Source: Lachnospiraceae bacterium (GTDB taxonomy: Bacteria; Bacillota; Clostridia; Lachnospirales; Lachnospiraceae). From it: 64,000 nucleotides of DNA. The notes under the pieces were generated by a model. It did no database searches and had not been told where the DNA came from. It saw only the letters and a list, made by a program, of their open reading frames with translations. The DNA is taken from NCBI GenBank assembly GCA_051888795.1, contig JBJFCD010000199.1:12509-76508 (forward strand), read 5' to 3'. Each line of letters opens with the position of its first letter. Positions within the stretch are counted from its first letter, which is position 1. Positions 49,646 through 59,792 of the stretch are shown one piece after another. The translations under genes were made by a program, and so were the position numbers.

Positions 49646-50338
49646 GTGGAGAATATGGATAACAGGATCAACGTTCTGGATATTAGTATTGACAATTATA
49701 CAGCGAAAGAAGCAATGAAATGTTTTGTAGAATTCATCCGGACGGAGCCGATCGATGTCATTGAGATGGTGACGGTGGAAAGTCTCATGCAGATGGCTGA
49801 AACTCCGGGACTTAAAGAGAATACCGGTGACTTTGAGCTGATTCTGGCAGGAGAGACTACGATTTTGGAATCTGCCGGGATTACGGATAAGAATTTTTTG
49901 ACTCAGACAGAAAAGCAGACATTTTTAAAAATGCTGTTTAGATATCTTCATAAGAATCATAAGAGGGTTTATCTCTTGGTTGATACACAGGAAGAAGGGC
50001 AGATTTTGTATGACTTTCTGGAACGTCATTATCATGGGATACAGATAGGTGGTATGGCGAAGGTTGCGGATGAGGATCGTGCGGATGATATGATTGTGAA
50101 TGCTGTAAACGGGGCAGATATTGATTGCGTTATCTCTATAATGTCATCTCCGCTGCAGGAAGATTTTATTTTGAAAAACAGAAGTCTTTTGAATGCCCGC
50201 GTATGGCTTGGACTTGGGAAAGAAAATCTTGATTTGAAAAAGACGGGTATTATGCAGGGGCGCTTTACACAGTTCTTATTGAAAAAAGTTTTTCAGAAAG
50301 AAGTCGAGAGAAGAAAAAGAGAGATTTCAATTCAGTGA
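49646..50338 (+). CDS. Degenerate WecB/TagA/CpsF family protein
   Basis: INVLDISID, IN..D.D...SPLQE.FI..N...LNARVWLGLG. Confidence 0.65.
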   Translation: MENMDNRINVLDISIDNYTAKEAMKCFVEFIRTEPIDVIEMVTVESLMQMAETPGLKENTGDFELILAGETTILESAGITDKNFLTQTEKQTFLKMLFRYLHKNHKRVYLLVDTQEEGQILYDFLERHYHGIQIGGMAKVADEDRADDMIVNAVNGADIDCVISIMSSPLQEDFILKNRSLLNARVWLGLGKENLDLKKTGIMQGRFTQFLLKKVFQKEVERRKREISIQ

Positions 50339-50577
50339 TACAGTAAAAATAAGAAAATCCTAAGAATTTTATTGGAAATGTTCTTTGGTTACTATGTACA
50401 TTCTACACAAAAGGATAAATCATAAAAAAAGCGGGGAAATAGACAAAAATTTGCTATTTCCTCTTTATTTTTTTGGCAATATATATTAATATAATCTCTA
50501 TAAGTGTGCAGTTTTTCATATAAGAATCAGTTTTTGTTGTGAAAAATGTATATTGAAATGAGTGGAGGAGATGGAAT

Positions 50578-51666
50578 ATGATATCTAATCAAATACTTCA
50601 AAACACAATTGAAGGATTGAAAAGCATTGCAAGAATCGACTTCTGCGTTATGGACACTGATGGAAAATCTCTGGCAAGTACTTTTTCGGAACAGAGCAAT
50701 CATGAGGATGAAGTGTTATCTTTTGTCAACTCATCGGCAGATAGTCAAGTTGTGCAGGGATATCAGTTCTTTAAGATCTTCGATGAACATCAGTTGGAGT
50801 ATATTCTTCTTGCCAATGGCGGCGGTGATGACGTTTATATGGTTGGTAAGATGGCAGCTTTTCAGATCCAGAATCTGCTGGTAGCCTATAAAGAGCGTTT
50901 TGATAAGGATAATTTTATTAAAAATCTTTTGCTGGATAATCTCCTTTTGGTTGATATTTATAACCGTGCCAAAAAATTACATATTGACACAGAAGTGAGA
51001 CGTGTTATCTTTATTATTGAGACGAAGCATGAAAAGGACAGCAGTGCGCTTGATAATGTTCGCAGTCTTCTTGGAAGCAAGGCGCGGGATTTTGTGACTG
51101 CTGTGGATGAGAAGAATATTATTGTCGTTAAAGAACTTGATGCAAATGACGGTCATGTGGAATTGGAAAAGATTGCTCATAATTTCTATGATATTTTGAA
51201 AAATGATGGGGAAGAAGACGTTCTGATTGCATATGGTACAATTGTGAATGATATCAAAGAAGTGTCAAAATCATATAAAGAGGCAAAGCTTGCGTTGGAT
51301 GTGGGAAAAATTTTCTTCTCTGAAAGAAATGTAATCGCATACAGTACGCTTGGAATCGGAAGATTGATCTATCAGCTGCCAATTCCGCTTTGCAAGATGT
51401 TTATAAGAGAGATTTTTGAGGGGAAATCACCGGATGATTTTGACGAAGAGACATTGACAACGATTAACAAATTCTTTGAAAACAATCTGAATGTCTCAGA
51501 AACATCCAGACAATTGTATATTCATCGTAATACGCTGGTATACCGTCTGGATAAACTCCAGAAAAGCACAGGGCTGGATCTGCGAGTGTTTGAGGATGCC
51601 ATTACTTTTAAGATTGCCTTGATGGTTGTTAAATATATGAAGTATATGGAGTCGTTGGAGTATTAA
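50578..51666 (+). CDS. CdaR/PucR family transcriptional regulator
   Basis: C-terminal LNVSETSRQLYIHRNTLVYRLDKLQK.TGLDL. Confidence 0.9.
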   Translation: MISNQILQNTIEGLKSIARIDFCVMDTDGKSLASTFSEQSNHEDEVLSFVNSSADSQVVQGYQFFKIFDEHQLEYILLANGGGDDVYMVGKMAAFQIQNLLVAYKERFDKDNFIKNLLLDNLLLVDIYNRAKKLHIDTEVRRVIFIIETKHEKDSSALDNVRSLLGSKARDFVTAVDEKNIIVVKELDANDGHVELEKIAHNFYDILKNDGEEDVLIAYGTIVNDIKEVSKSYKEAKLALDVGKIFFSERNVIAYSTLGIGRLIYQLPIPLCKMFIREIFEGKSPDDFDEETLTTINKFFENNLNVSETSRQLYIHRNTLVYRLDKLQKSTGLDLRVFEDAITFKIALMVVKYMKYMESLEY

Positions 51667-51682
51667 TAATTAGGAGGAGCTT

Positions 51683-52369
51683 ATGATTGAATTAAGAGAC
51701 GTAAGGAAAGAATACTCAAAAGGGGTTGCGGCCCTCAACGGTATCAATTTAAAAATTGAGCAGGGCGAATTTGTATTTATTGTAGGAGACAGTGGATCTG
51801 GTAAATCAACATTGATTAAGCTGATCATGAAAGAGCTTGATCCTACATCCGGAACTATTATCGTAAACGGACAGAATCTTAATAAAATGAAGCATCGGAG
51901 AATACCGATGTACAGAAGAAGAATCGGAGTTGTATTTCAGGACTTCCGTCTTTTGAAAGACAGAAATATTTATGAGAATATTGCATTCGCACAGCGTGTA
52001 ACAGAAACTCCAAGCAGAATTATCAAGAAAAAAGTTCCTGCTGCATTGTCTCTGGTTGGTCTGGCACAGAAATATAAAGCATTTCCGAAGGAGTTATCCG
52101 GAGGAGAACAGCAGAGAGTTGCGATTGCAAGAGCTATTGTGAATGAGCCGGCAATTTTGCTGGCTGATGAGCCTACCGGAAACCTTGATCCGACCAATTC
52201 ATGGGAAATCATGAAGCTTTTGGAAGAAGCAAATGACAGAGGAACAACTGTATTGGTTGTTACTCACAACCAGGAAATTGTAAACGAGATGAAAAAGCGC
52301 GTTATTACGATGAAAAAGGGAGTGATCGTAAGCGACGAGAAAAAAGGTGGGTATAATAATGAGAATTAG
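51683..52369 (+). CDS. ftsE: Cell division ATP-binding protein FtsE
   Basis: GDSGSGKST, VVFQDFRLL, LSGGEQQRV, DEPTGNLDP. Confidence 0.95.
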   Translation: MIELRDVRKEYSKGVAALNGINLKIEQGEFVFIVGDSGSGKSTLIKLIMKELDPTSGTIIVNGQNLNKMKHRRIPMYRRRIGVVFQDFRLLKDRNIYENIAFAQRVTETPSRIIKKKVPAALSLVGLAQKYKAFPKELSGGEQQRVAIARAIVNEPAILLADEPTGNLDPTNSWEIMKLLEEANDRGTTVLVVTHNQEIVNEMKKRVITMKKGVIVSDEKKGGYNNEN

Positions 52370-53267
52370 TACATTTGGATATTCGATGAAACAAGGGGTA
52401 AAGAACATAGGAAGAAATAAGATGTTTTCCATTGCTTCTATCGCGACAATGGCTGCATGTATCTTCCTGTTTGGTTTATTTTATTCTATTGTAATTAACT
52501 TTAATCATATTGTAGAGAAAGCGGAAGAAGGAGTTGCAATCACAGTATTTTTTGATGAGGACGCAACACAGGAGCAGAAAGATAACATTGGTGCCGAACT
52601 GGAAAAGAAGGAAGGCGTTTTGGAAGTTAATTATATCAGTGCAGATGAAGCATGGGAGAGTTTTCAGGATGATTATTTCGGAGATTCTAAGGATGCAGCG
52701 GAAGGATTTAAAAACGATAACCCTCTTGCCAATTCAGATAACTATGAAGTGTATATGTCTGATGTAGAGAAACAGAAGGACGTTGTTAAATTTGCAGAAG
52801 GTCTGGATGGTGTGCGTAAGGTTAATAAATCAGATGTTGTTGCAAAGACACTGACTAGTGTTAATAAGCTGGTATATTATGTGTCTGCAGCGATTATCCT
52901 TATTCTTCTGGCAGTGTCTATTTTCCTGATCAGCAATACAGTAACGATGGGTATTACTGTTCGACGTGAAGAGATTGCGATTATGAAATACATAGGTGCG
53001 AAGGATGGATTTGTGCGTGCGCCGTTTGTAATAGAAGGTCTGCTTATCGGAGTAGTCGGAGCAATTATTCCGCTGGTACTCTTGTATTTCATGTATGATA
53101 AGGCAATATCTTATATTATGACAAGATTCAGCCTGCTGAATAATATTATGACATTTCTTCCGGTATCGGAAGTATATAAGACCTTGCTTCCGGTTGGTAT
53201 CGCACTTGGAGTAGGAATTGGTTTTGTAGGTAGTTTCTTTACAATCCATAAACATTTACGTGTATAA
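52359..53267 (+). CDS. ftsX: Cell division permease FtsX
   Basis: 4-TM FtsX layout, RREEIAIMKYIGA..FV..PF.IEG. Confidence 0.93.
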   Translation: MRISTFGYSMKQGVKNIGRNKMFSIASIATMAACIFLFGLFYSIVINFNHIVEKAEEGVAITVFFDEDATQEQKDNIGAELEKKEGVLEVNYISADEAWESFQDDYFGDSKDAAEGFKNDNPLANSDNYEVYMSDVEKQKDVVKFAEGLDGVRKVNKSDVVAKTLTSVNKLVYYVSAAIILILLAVSIFLISNTVTMGITVRREEIAIMKYIGAKDGFVRAPFVIEGLLIGVVGAIIPLVLLYFMYDKAISYIMTRFSLLNNIMTFLPVSEVYKTLLPVGIALGVGIGFVGSFFTIHKHLRV

Positions 53268-53288
53268 TAAATTTAGGGGGATACATAA

Positions 53289-54407
53289 ATGCGAGGTAAG
53301 AGGATGATAAGTCTTCTGCTTGTAGGTGTGCTGTGCTTTGGGATGATCAGTGAGACAAAAGCCTCAAGTATCAGCGAAACGAAGAAGAAGGCCGAAGAGC
53401 TGGAAGAAAAAAAGAAAAGCGCGGAGGCAGAAAAAGAGTCCATTGCCAATCAATTGAATACCATCCTTTCCGATATGGAATCGATGCAGGAAACGATTGA
53501 TAAAAAAGAAGAAGAGATTACAGCCAAAGAAGAAGAACTGATCCAGGCCAAAGTAGATGAGAATGATCAGTACGAAAGTATGAAAAAAAGGATCAAGTAC
53601 ATGTATGAGAATGGCAACAGTCAGTTTGTAGAAATTCTTTGTGAGTCCAAAGATCTCAGTGATTTTTTGAATAAGACTGAGTATATTTCCACAATATCTG
53701 AATATGATAGGAATATGCTGGTAAAGTTCCAGAAGGTTGTTAAATCTGTTGAAAAGCAGGAAAAGGAACTGAAAGAAGAACAGGAAGAGATGAAGGTTCT
53801 TCAGGATGAACTTATCGAGAAACAGTCTAACATGGAAAGCTTGCTTGAAAGTAAAAATGAAGAGATTGATTCTCTGAAAAAAGAAATCAGTTCAAATGAG
53901 AAAAAGATGAAAGCTCTGGAAGAAGCTGCGAAGGCTGCAGAAGAGGCTGCGAGAAAACAGGCAGAGGCAGCAGCAGCCGGTGGCGGTGGAACAGCAGGAG
54001 CATCGGTAGTCAGCGGCAATGGTATGTTTACTCATCCGTGCCCTGGTTACAGTCGTATTTCCAGTACATTTGGTTACAGGACGGCACCACTCGCCGGAGC
54101 AAGCACCAATCATAAAGGTGTGGATTTTGCTGCACCTACAGGAACACCAATCTATGCAGCGGCAGGTGGAACTGTTACCTCTGCGGGTTACAGTGGTAAT
54201 GCGGGAAATATGATTGTTATTAATCATGGAAACGGATTTCAGACATATTATATGCATTGCAGTAAGATTTATGTAAGTGCAGGTACAAAGGTAGAAAAGG
54301 GACAGAATATCGGAGCAGTTGGTTCGACCGGAAATTCTACGGGACCACATCTTCATTTCCAGGTAATGTCTGGTGGTGTTCCGGTTAATCCATTGAATTA
54401 TTTATAA
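53289..54407 (+). CDS. Coiled-coil M23 murein hydrolase/activator (EnvC/PcsB-like)
   Basis: Signal peptide, long coiled coil, HKGVD..HC..TGPHLHF. Confidence 0.9.
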   Translation: MRGKRMISLLLVGVLCFGMISETKASSISETKKKAEELEEKKKSAEAEKESIANQLNTILSDMESMQETIDKKEEEITAKEEELIQAKVDENDQYESMKKRIKYMYENGNSQFVEILCESKDLSDFLNKTEYISTISEYDRNMLVKFQKVVKSVEKQEKELKEEQEEMKVLQDELIEKQSNMESLLESKNEEIDSLKKEISSNEKKMKALEEAAKAAEEAARKQAEAAAAGGGGTAGASVVSGNGMFTHPCPGYSRISSTFGYRTAPLAGASTNHKGVDFAAPTGTPIYAAAGGTVTSAGYSGNAGNMIVINHGNGFQTYYMHCSKIYVSAGTKVEKGQNIGAVGSTGNSTGPHLHFQVMSGGVPVNPLNYL

Positions 54408-54422
54408 GACAGGAATTGAAAA

Positions 54423-55607
54423 ATGAATAATAAAAAAAGTTTTTGGCAAGGGACGCTATGCGGCGCCCTTGCTATATTATTAGTGATAGGACTTGTGTCC
54501 TGTGGATTGAAAACAGGTGAAGGGAGTGCTTCCTCCCAAAAGACTATGTCGGAAGATGTTAAGAAAAAGCTTTCAACGTTACAAAGTCTGATTGATGAGA
54601 ATTATCTTCATGAAGTAGATGTAGAAGCACTGGAGCAGGGGATATATGAAGGTTATATCAGTGGACTTGATGACCCCTACTCAGTATATTATGACGAAGA
54701 AGATACAAAGTCTCTTATGGAGACGACAGAGGGAGAATATGAGGGAATTGGTGCGGTCATGCAGCAGGACAAAGACAGCGGAATCATTACTCTCACACAT
54801 GTGTACAAAGATTCTCCTGCAATGAAGGCCGGTCTCAAGGATGATGATATCCTCTATAAGGTTGAGAATATGGAAGTAACCGGAGAGGATTTGAATGAAG
54901 TAGTATCCCATATAAGGGGTGAAAAAGGCACGGAAGTAGAGATGACTGTTCTTCGCGGGGAAAAGAGTGAAGAAGTTACAGTAACTGTGACCAGAGGTAA
55001 GATTGAAGTTGAAACGGTTGAAGCTAAAATGCTCGAAGATGGAATAGGGTATCTTGCGGTGAGTGAGTTCGATTCCGTTACTTATGATCAGTATGAAGAA
55101 GGGCTGAATGAGCTTGAAGATGAGGGAATGAAAGCACTGGTTGTGGATCTCAGGGGAAATCCGGGAGGAAATCTGCAGACCGTCTGTGACATCCTTGATT
55201 TGATGCTTCCGGAAGGACTGATCGTATACACAGAGGATAAAAATGGTGAACGTCAGGATATGACTTCTGATGAAGAGCACCAGTTTACGCTTCCTATGAC
55301 AGTTTTAGTAGACGCTAACAGTGCCAGTGCATCAGAAATATATGCCGGAGCAATACAGGATTACGGACTTGGAAAGATTGTCGGCACAAAGACATACGGA
55401 AAAGGAGTCGTTCAGAAAATTTTTGATCTGAAAGATGGAACCTGTGTGAAACTTACGGTTGCGGAATATTATACTCCAAAAGGACGCAATATTGATGGGA
55501 AAGGAATTTCACCGGATGTAGAAGTCAAATACGAATATGACAAAGATAATCCGGAAGCAGATAATCAGCTTGAAAAAGCTATACAGGAATTAAAAAAAGA
55601 AATGTAA
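54423..55607 (+). CDS. S41 carboxyl-terminal processing protease (PDZ)
   Basis: GLDDPYS, DLRGNPGG, SASASEI, TYGKGVVQ. Confidence 0.93.
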   Translation: MNNKKSFWQGTLCGALAILLVIGLVSCGLKTGEGSASSQKTMSEDVKKKLSTLQSLIDENYLHEVDVEALEQGIYEGYISGLDDPYSVYYDEEDTKSLMETTEGEYEGIGAVMQQDKDSGIITLTHVYKDSPAMKAGLKDDDILYKVENMEVTGEDLNEVVSHIRGEKGTEVEMTVLRGEKSEEVTVTVTRGKIEVETVEAKMLEDGIGYLAVSEFDSVTYDQYEEGLNELEDEGMKALVVDLRGNPGGNLQTVCDILDLMLPEGLIVYTEDKNGERQDMTSDEEHQFTLPMTVLVDANSASASEIYAGAIQDYGLGKIVGTKTYGKGVVQKIFDLKDGTCVKLTVAEYYTPKGRNIDGKGISPDVEVKYEYDKDNPEADNQLEKAIQELKKEM

Positions 55608-55614
55608 TTTTGTG

Positions 55615-55645
55615 AAGGGAATGTCGAATCGGCATTCCCTTTTAT
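55615..55645 (+). terminator. Intrinsic terminator
   Basis: AAGGGAATGTCG-AAT-CGGCATTCCCTTTT. Confidence 0.7.
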
Positions 55646-55746
55646 ATTTTCGTATGATAAAATGTTTTTGGAATCATTTTATATGATTATAACATGCAGT
55701 AATAGTGCAGAGAGTTTTTGATAATAAAACGAAAGGATATAAGAGC

Positions 55747-57024
55747 ATGAAAATACTGATTAAAAATGGCCATGTGGTAGACCCCTTGACAAAAACGGAT
55801 GAGTGTTCTGATGTGTTGGTGGATGGCGACCGCATTGTAAAAGTTGAAAAACAGATAGAGGAAAAGGCGGATCAGATAATCGAAGCAGATGGATGCTATG
55901 TAATGCCGGGATTTATCGATCTTCACGTACATTTTAGAGATCCCGGACTGGAATATAAAGAGACACTGGAGACCGGAGGAAAGGCAGCGGTGAGAGGCGG
56001 AGTAACAACAGTCTGCGCAATGCCGAACACAAAACCGGTCATTGATAATGGTGAAAAAGTAGCTGAAGTACACAGAAGAGCGAAAGAAGAATCTCTGACA
56101 CATGTGATCCAGATCGGAGCTGTGACAGTTGGACAAAAAGGCGAGGAACTGGCAGACATTGAGGGAATGGCAAAGGCAGGATGTCATGCGATCAGCGAAG
56201 ACGGAAAGTCTGTGATGAATGCATCTTTGTACAGAAAAGGCATGAAGATTGCAAAAGAACAGGGGATTTCCGTGTTCGCACACTGTGAGGACATTAACAT
56301 GGTAGAAGGCGGTGTCATGAATGCGGATAAGAATACAGAGCGTCTTGGTCTTCGCGGAATCACCAATTCTGTGGAAGATGTAATTGTTGCAAGAGATATT
56401 CTTCTTTCAAAAGAAACAGGAGTAAGGCTCCATCTTTGTCATTGTTCTACTGAGGACAGCGTGAAGATGATCAGAGAAGCAAAAGAAGAAGGACTTCCGG
56501 TTACAGGAGAGGTGTGTCCGCATCATTTTATTCTGACATCCGATGATATTAAAGAAGATGACGGAAATTATAAGATGAATCCGCCCCTTAGAAGCAGAGT
56601 AGATGTGGAAGCATTGAAACAGGGACTGAAAGATGGAACAATGGATGTAATTTCCACAGACCATGCGCCACATTCTGCTGAAGAAAAAAACAAGTCTATG
56701 GCAAAGGCAGCGTTTGGAATCGTCGGGCTTGAGACAAGTGCTGCTCTCACATATACGTATCTTGTAAAAGAAGGAATTTTAAGTGTGATGGGCATGGCAG
56801 AAAAGATGAGCTATAATCCCGCAAAGATTTTGGGACTGACAGAAAAAGGTTCTGTATCAGAAGGTAAAATTGCGGATATTGTAATCTTTGATCCGGATAA
56901 AACTTATAAAATTGATAAGAACACATTTGTTTCTAAAGGGAAAAATACACCGTTTGACGGGTTTGAAGTATCCGGAGAAGTGAAATATACTCTTGTGGAT
57001 GGAAAAGTTGTTTACCAGGCATAA
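55747..57024 (+). CDS. pyrC: Dihydroorotase
   Basis: DLHVHFRDPG, MPNT, KMNPPLR, TDHAPH; ATG 55747. Confidence 0.95.
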   Translation: MKILIKNGHVVDPLTKTDECSDVLVDGDRIVKVEKQIEEKADQIIEADGCYVMPGFIDLHVHFRDPGLEYKETLETGGKAAVRGGVTTVCAMPNTKPVIDNGEKVAEVHRRAKEESLTHVIQIGAVTVGQKGEELADIEGMAKAGCHAISEDGKSVMNASLYRKGMKIAKEQGISVFAHCEDINMVEGGVMNADKNTERLGLRGITNSVEDVIVARDILLSKETGVRLHLCHCSTEDSVKMIREAKEEGLPVTGEVCPHHFILTSDDIKEDDGNYKMNPPLRSRVDVEALKQGLKDGTMDVISTDHAPHSAEEKNKSMAKAAFGIVGLETSAALTYTYLVKEGILSVMGMAEKMSYNPAKILGLTEKGSVSEGKIADIVIFDPDKTYKIDKNTFVSKGKNTPFDGFEVSGEVKYTLVDGKVVYQA

Positions 57025-57045
57025 TGAGTTTATAAATAGGAGGAA

Positions 57046-57969
57046 ATGAGAATGATCAACAAGTTAGTTTCAAACATTAAAAAGACAGGAGCGCCGATTG
57101 TAGTAGGACTTGATCCGATGTTAAATTATGTGCCGGAGCATGTTCAGAAAAAAGCATTTGCTGAATACGGAGAAACACTGGAAGGAGCAGCAGAAGCAAT
57201 CTGGCAGTTTAATAAAGAAATCGTAGACAAGACATATGATCTGATTCCGGCAGTAAAGCCACAGATTGCTATGTATGAACAGTTCGGTATCCCAGGACTT
57301 TTAGCATTTAAAAAGACCGTGGATTATTGTAAGAGCAAAGACCTTGTGGTGATCGGAGACATTAAGCGAGGGGATATCGGCTCCACATCTGCAGCATATG
57401 CAGTCGGACACATCGGAAAAGTACAGGTAGGAAGCAAAACTTATGCTCCATTTGATGAAGATTTTGTCACAGTAAATCCATATCTTGGCTCAGACGGTGT
57501 AAATCCATTTGTAAACGTATGTAAAGAAGAAAAGAAAGGACTTTTCATCCTTGTAAAAACATCAAATCCATCCAGCGGCGAATTCCAGGATCAGCTCATC
57601 GACGGACGCCCACTCTATGAACTCGTAGGCGAAAAAGTAGCCGAGTGGGGCGCAGACTGCATGGGAGATGAATACAGCTACATCGGAGCAGTAGTAGGAG
57701 CAACCTATCCTGAGATGGGAAAAGCACTTAGAAAAATCATGCCAAAAAGCTACATCCTCGTACCAGGCTACGGCGCACAAGGCGGAAAAGGAAAAGACCT
57801 CGTACACTTCTTCAACGAAGACGGCCTGGGCGCAATCGTAAATTCCTCAAGAGGAATCATCGCCGCATATAAACAGGAAAAATATGCAAAATATGGAGCG
57901 GAAAACTTCGGCGATGCATCCAGAGCAGCAGTGGAAGACATGGTAGGAGACATCAAAAGCGCATTATAA
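57046..57969 (+). CDS. pyrF: Orotidine-5'-phosphate decarboxylase
   Basis: VGLDP, KPQIAMYE, DIKRGDIGST, VVGAT, PGYGAQG, NSSRGI. Confidence 0.96.
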   Translation: MRMINKLVSNIKKTGAPIVVGLDPMLNYVPEHVQKKAFAEYGETLEGAAEAIWQFNKEIVDKTYDLIPAVKPQIAMYEQFGIPGLLAFKKTVDYCKSKDLVVIGDIKRGDIGSTSAAYAVGHIGKVQVGSKTYAPFDEDFVTVNPYLGSDGVNPFVNVCKEEKKGLFILVKTSNPSSGEFQDQLIDGRPLYELVGEKVAEWGADCMGDEYSYIGAVVGATYPEMGKALRKIMPKSYILVPGYGAQGGKGKDLVHFFNEDGLGAIVNSSRGIIAAYKQEKYAKYGAENFGDASRAAVEDMVGDIKSAL

Positions 57970-57975
57970 AACACA

Positions 57976-58018
57976 AATTTGGGACGTAGACTTTTTTAAA
58001 AATACTACGTCCCAAATT
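57976..58018. repeat. Perfect 14-bp-stem palindrome between pyrF and pyrK
   Basis: AATTTGGGACGTAG-15-CTACGTCCCAAATT. Confidence 0.95.
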
Positions 58019-58049
58019 GGAAAATGGGGTGTACCTGAAAGGAGTTTTT

Positions 58050-58832
58050 ATGGATAGAAGGAAAGAATGTGTGACGGTTTTTTCGCAGGATATGCTGGCG
58101 GATGGGATCTTCAGTATGTGGATTCGTACGGATGTGGCGGCTGAGGCCAGGCCGGGGCAGTTTATTGCTATGTATACGAATGATCCAAGTAAGCTTTTGC
58201 CGAGACCGATCAGTATTTGTGAGATTGACAGAGAAAAGAGTCTTTTGAGGGTTGTGTATCGTGTGACTGGTGAAAATACGGGAACAGAGCAGTTTGCCAG
58301 AATGAAAGCGGGAGATACGCTTGATGTGATTGGGCCTTTGGGAAATGGATTTCCTTTTGAGAAGGCTGTTGGAAAAAAAGTATTTCTGATGGGAGGCGGT
58401 ATTGGCGTGCCTCCGATTCTGGAACTTGCAAAACAGATTGACTGTGCGGAAAAACAGATTGTTGTAGGATATCGTGACGCGCAGACATTTTTAAGGGAAC
58501 AATTTGAGGAAAACGGCAGATTATATATTTCGACGGAAGATGGAAGTGTAGGGACGAAAGGTAATGTTATGGATGCGATCAGAGAAAATGCTCTGGATGC
58601 TGATATCATTTTTGCCTGCGGGCCGATGCCTATGCTCCGCGCAATTAAACAGTATGCCGAAGAAAAAGATATAGAATGCTATATTTCTTTAGAAGAGAGA
58701 ATGGCCTGTGGTATCGGTGCGTGTCTTGGATGTGTGTGTAAGACGAAAGAAAAAGATCATCACAGCAATGTAAATAACAAGAGAATCTGTAAGGATGGCC
58801 CAGTATTCTTGTCTACGGAGGTGGAAATTTAA
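58050..58832 (+). CDS. pyrK: Dihydroorotate dehydrogenase electron transfer subunit
   Basis: LPRPIS, GPLGNGF, GGGIG, CGP, MACGIGACLGC..C.DGPVF. Confidence 0.95.
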   Translation: MDRRKECVTVFSQDMLADGIFSMWIRTDVAAEARPGQFIAMYTNDPSKLLPRPISICEIDREKSLLRVVYRVTGENTGTEQFARMKAGDTLDVIGPLGNGFPFEKAVGKKVFLMGGGIGVPPILELAKQIDCAEKQIVVGYRDAQTFLREQFEENGRLYISTEDGSVGTKGNVMDAIRENALDADIIFACGPMPMLRAIKQYAEEKDIECYISLEERMACGIGACLGCVCKTKEKDHHSNVNNKRICKDGPVFLSTEVEI

Positions 58833-59740
58833 TGGCAGTAGATATGCGTGTAAATATAGCAGGTGTTGAGTGGAAAAATCCGGTGACAGTAGCTTCCGGC
58901 ACTTTTGGCTCCGGTGCGGAATTTGCAGAGTTTGTAGATTTAAATAAACTTGGTGCTGTGACCACAAAAGGTGTGGCTAATATCCCGTGGGCCGGTAACC
59001 CGACGCCGAGAGTTGCAGAGACATACGGAGGCATGATGAATGCCGTGGGACTTCAGAATCCGGGAATCGATCTTTTTTGTGAGAGAGACATTCCGTTTTT
59101 GAAGCAGTATGACACAAGGATCATTGTAAATGTGTGCGGAAAATCCACAGAAGATTACTGTGAGGTTGTCGAGCGCCTTGCGGACGAAGATGTGGACATG
59201 TTAGAAATCAATATTTCCTGTCCAAATGTCAAAGAGGGCGGGATTGCTTTTGGTCAGAATCCAAAAGCGGCAGAAGATATTACAAAATCGGTAAAAAAAT
59301 ACGCAAAGCAGCCGGTTATTATGAAGCTGAGTCCTAATGTAACAAGCATTGCAGAGATGGCAAAGGCAGTAGAAGCCGGTGGAGCTGACGCAATATCTCT
59401 GATTAATACATTGACCGGTATGAAAATAGATGTAAACCGCCGCAAATTTGTAATTGCGAATAAGACTGGCGGTGTGTCAGGCCCGGCCATTCACCCGATT
59501 GCAGTGCGCATGGTGTACGAAGCAGCGCATGCAGTCAAGGTGCCAATTATCGGTATGGGAGGCATCGCAAAAGCGGAGGATGCGATCGAGATGCTCCTTG
59601 CAGGTGCAGATGCAGTATCTGTTGGAACCGCAAACTTCCACAATCCGGCAGTGACGATGGAAATTGTAGCCGGTATTGAGAGATACATGGAACAGTATGG
59701 CTTTTCCCATGTGTCCGATATGGTTGGAATAGTAGAATAG
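58832..59740 (+). CDS. pyrD: Dihydroorotate dehydrogenase (class 1B) catalytic subunit
   Basis: ASGTFG, NAVGLQNPG, NISCPNV, KLSPN, GGVSG, GMGGI. Confidence 0.97.
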   Translation: MAVDMRVNIAGVEWKNPVTVASGTFGSGAEFAEFVDLNKLGAVTTKGVANIPWAGNPTPRVAETYGGMMNAVGLQNPGIDLFCERDIPFLKQYDTRIIVNVCGKSTEDYCEVVERLADEDVDMLEINISCPNVKEGGIAFGQNPKAAEDITKSVKKYAKQPVIMKLSPNVTSIAEMAKAVEAGGADAISLINTLTGMKIDVNRRKFVIANKTGGVSGPAIHPIAVRMVYEAAHAVKVPIIGMGGIAKAEDAIEMLLAGADAVSVGTANFHNPAVTMEIVAGIERYMEQYGFSHVSDMVGIVE

Positions 59741-59774
59741 CAGAATAGCAGAATAGCAGAATAGTAGAATAGCA
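59727..59774 (+). repeat. 8-bp tandem repeat GAATAGYA x6 spanning the pyrD stop codon
   Basis: Seen directly. Confidence 0.95.
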
Positions 59775-59792
59775 ATGGAAAAATCCGTAAAC

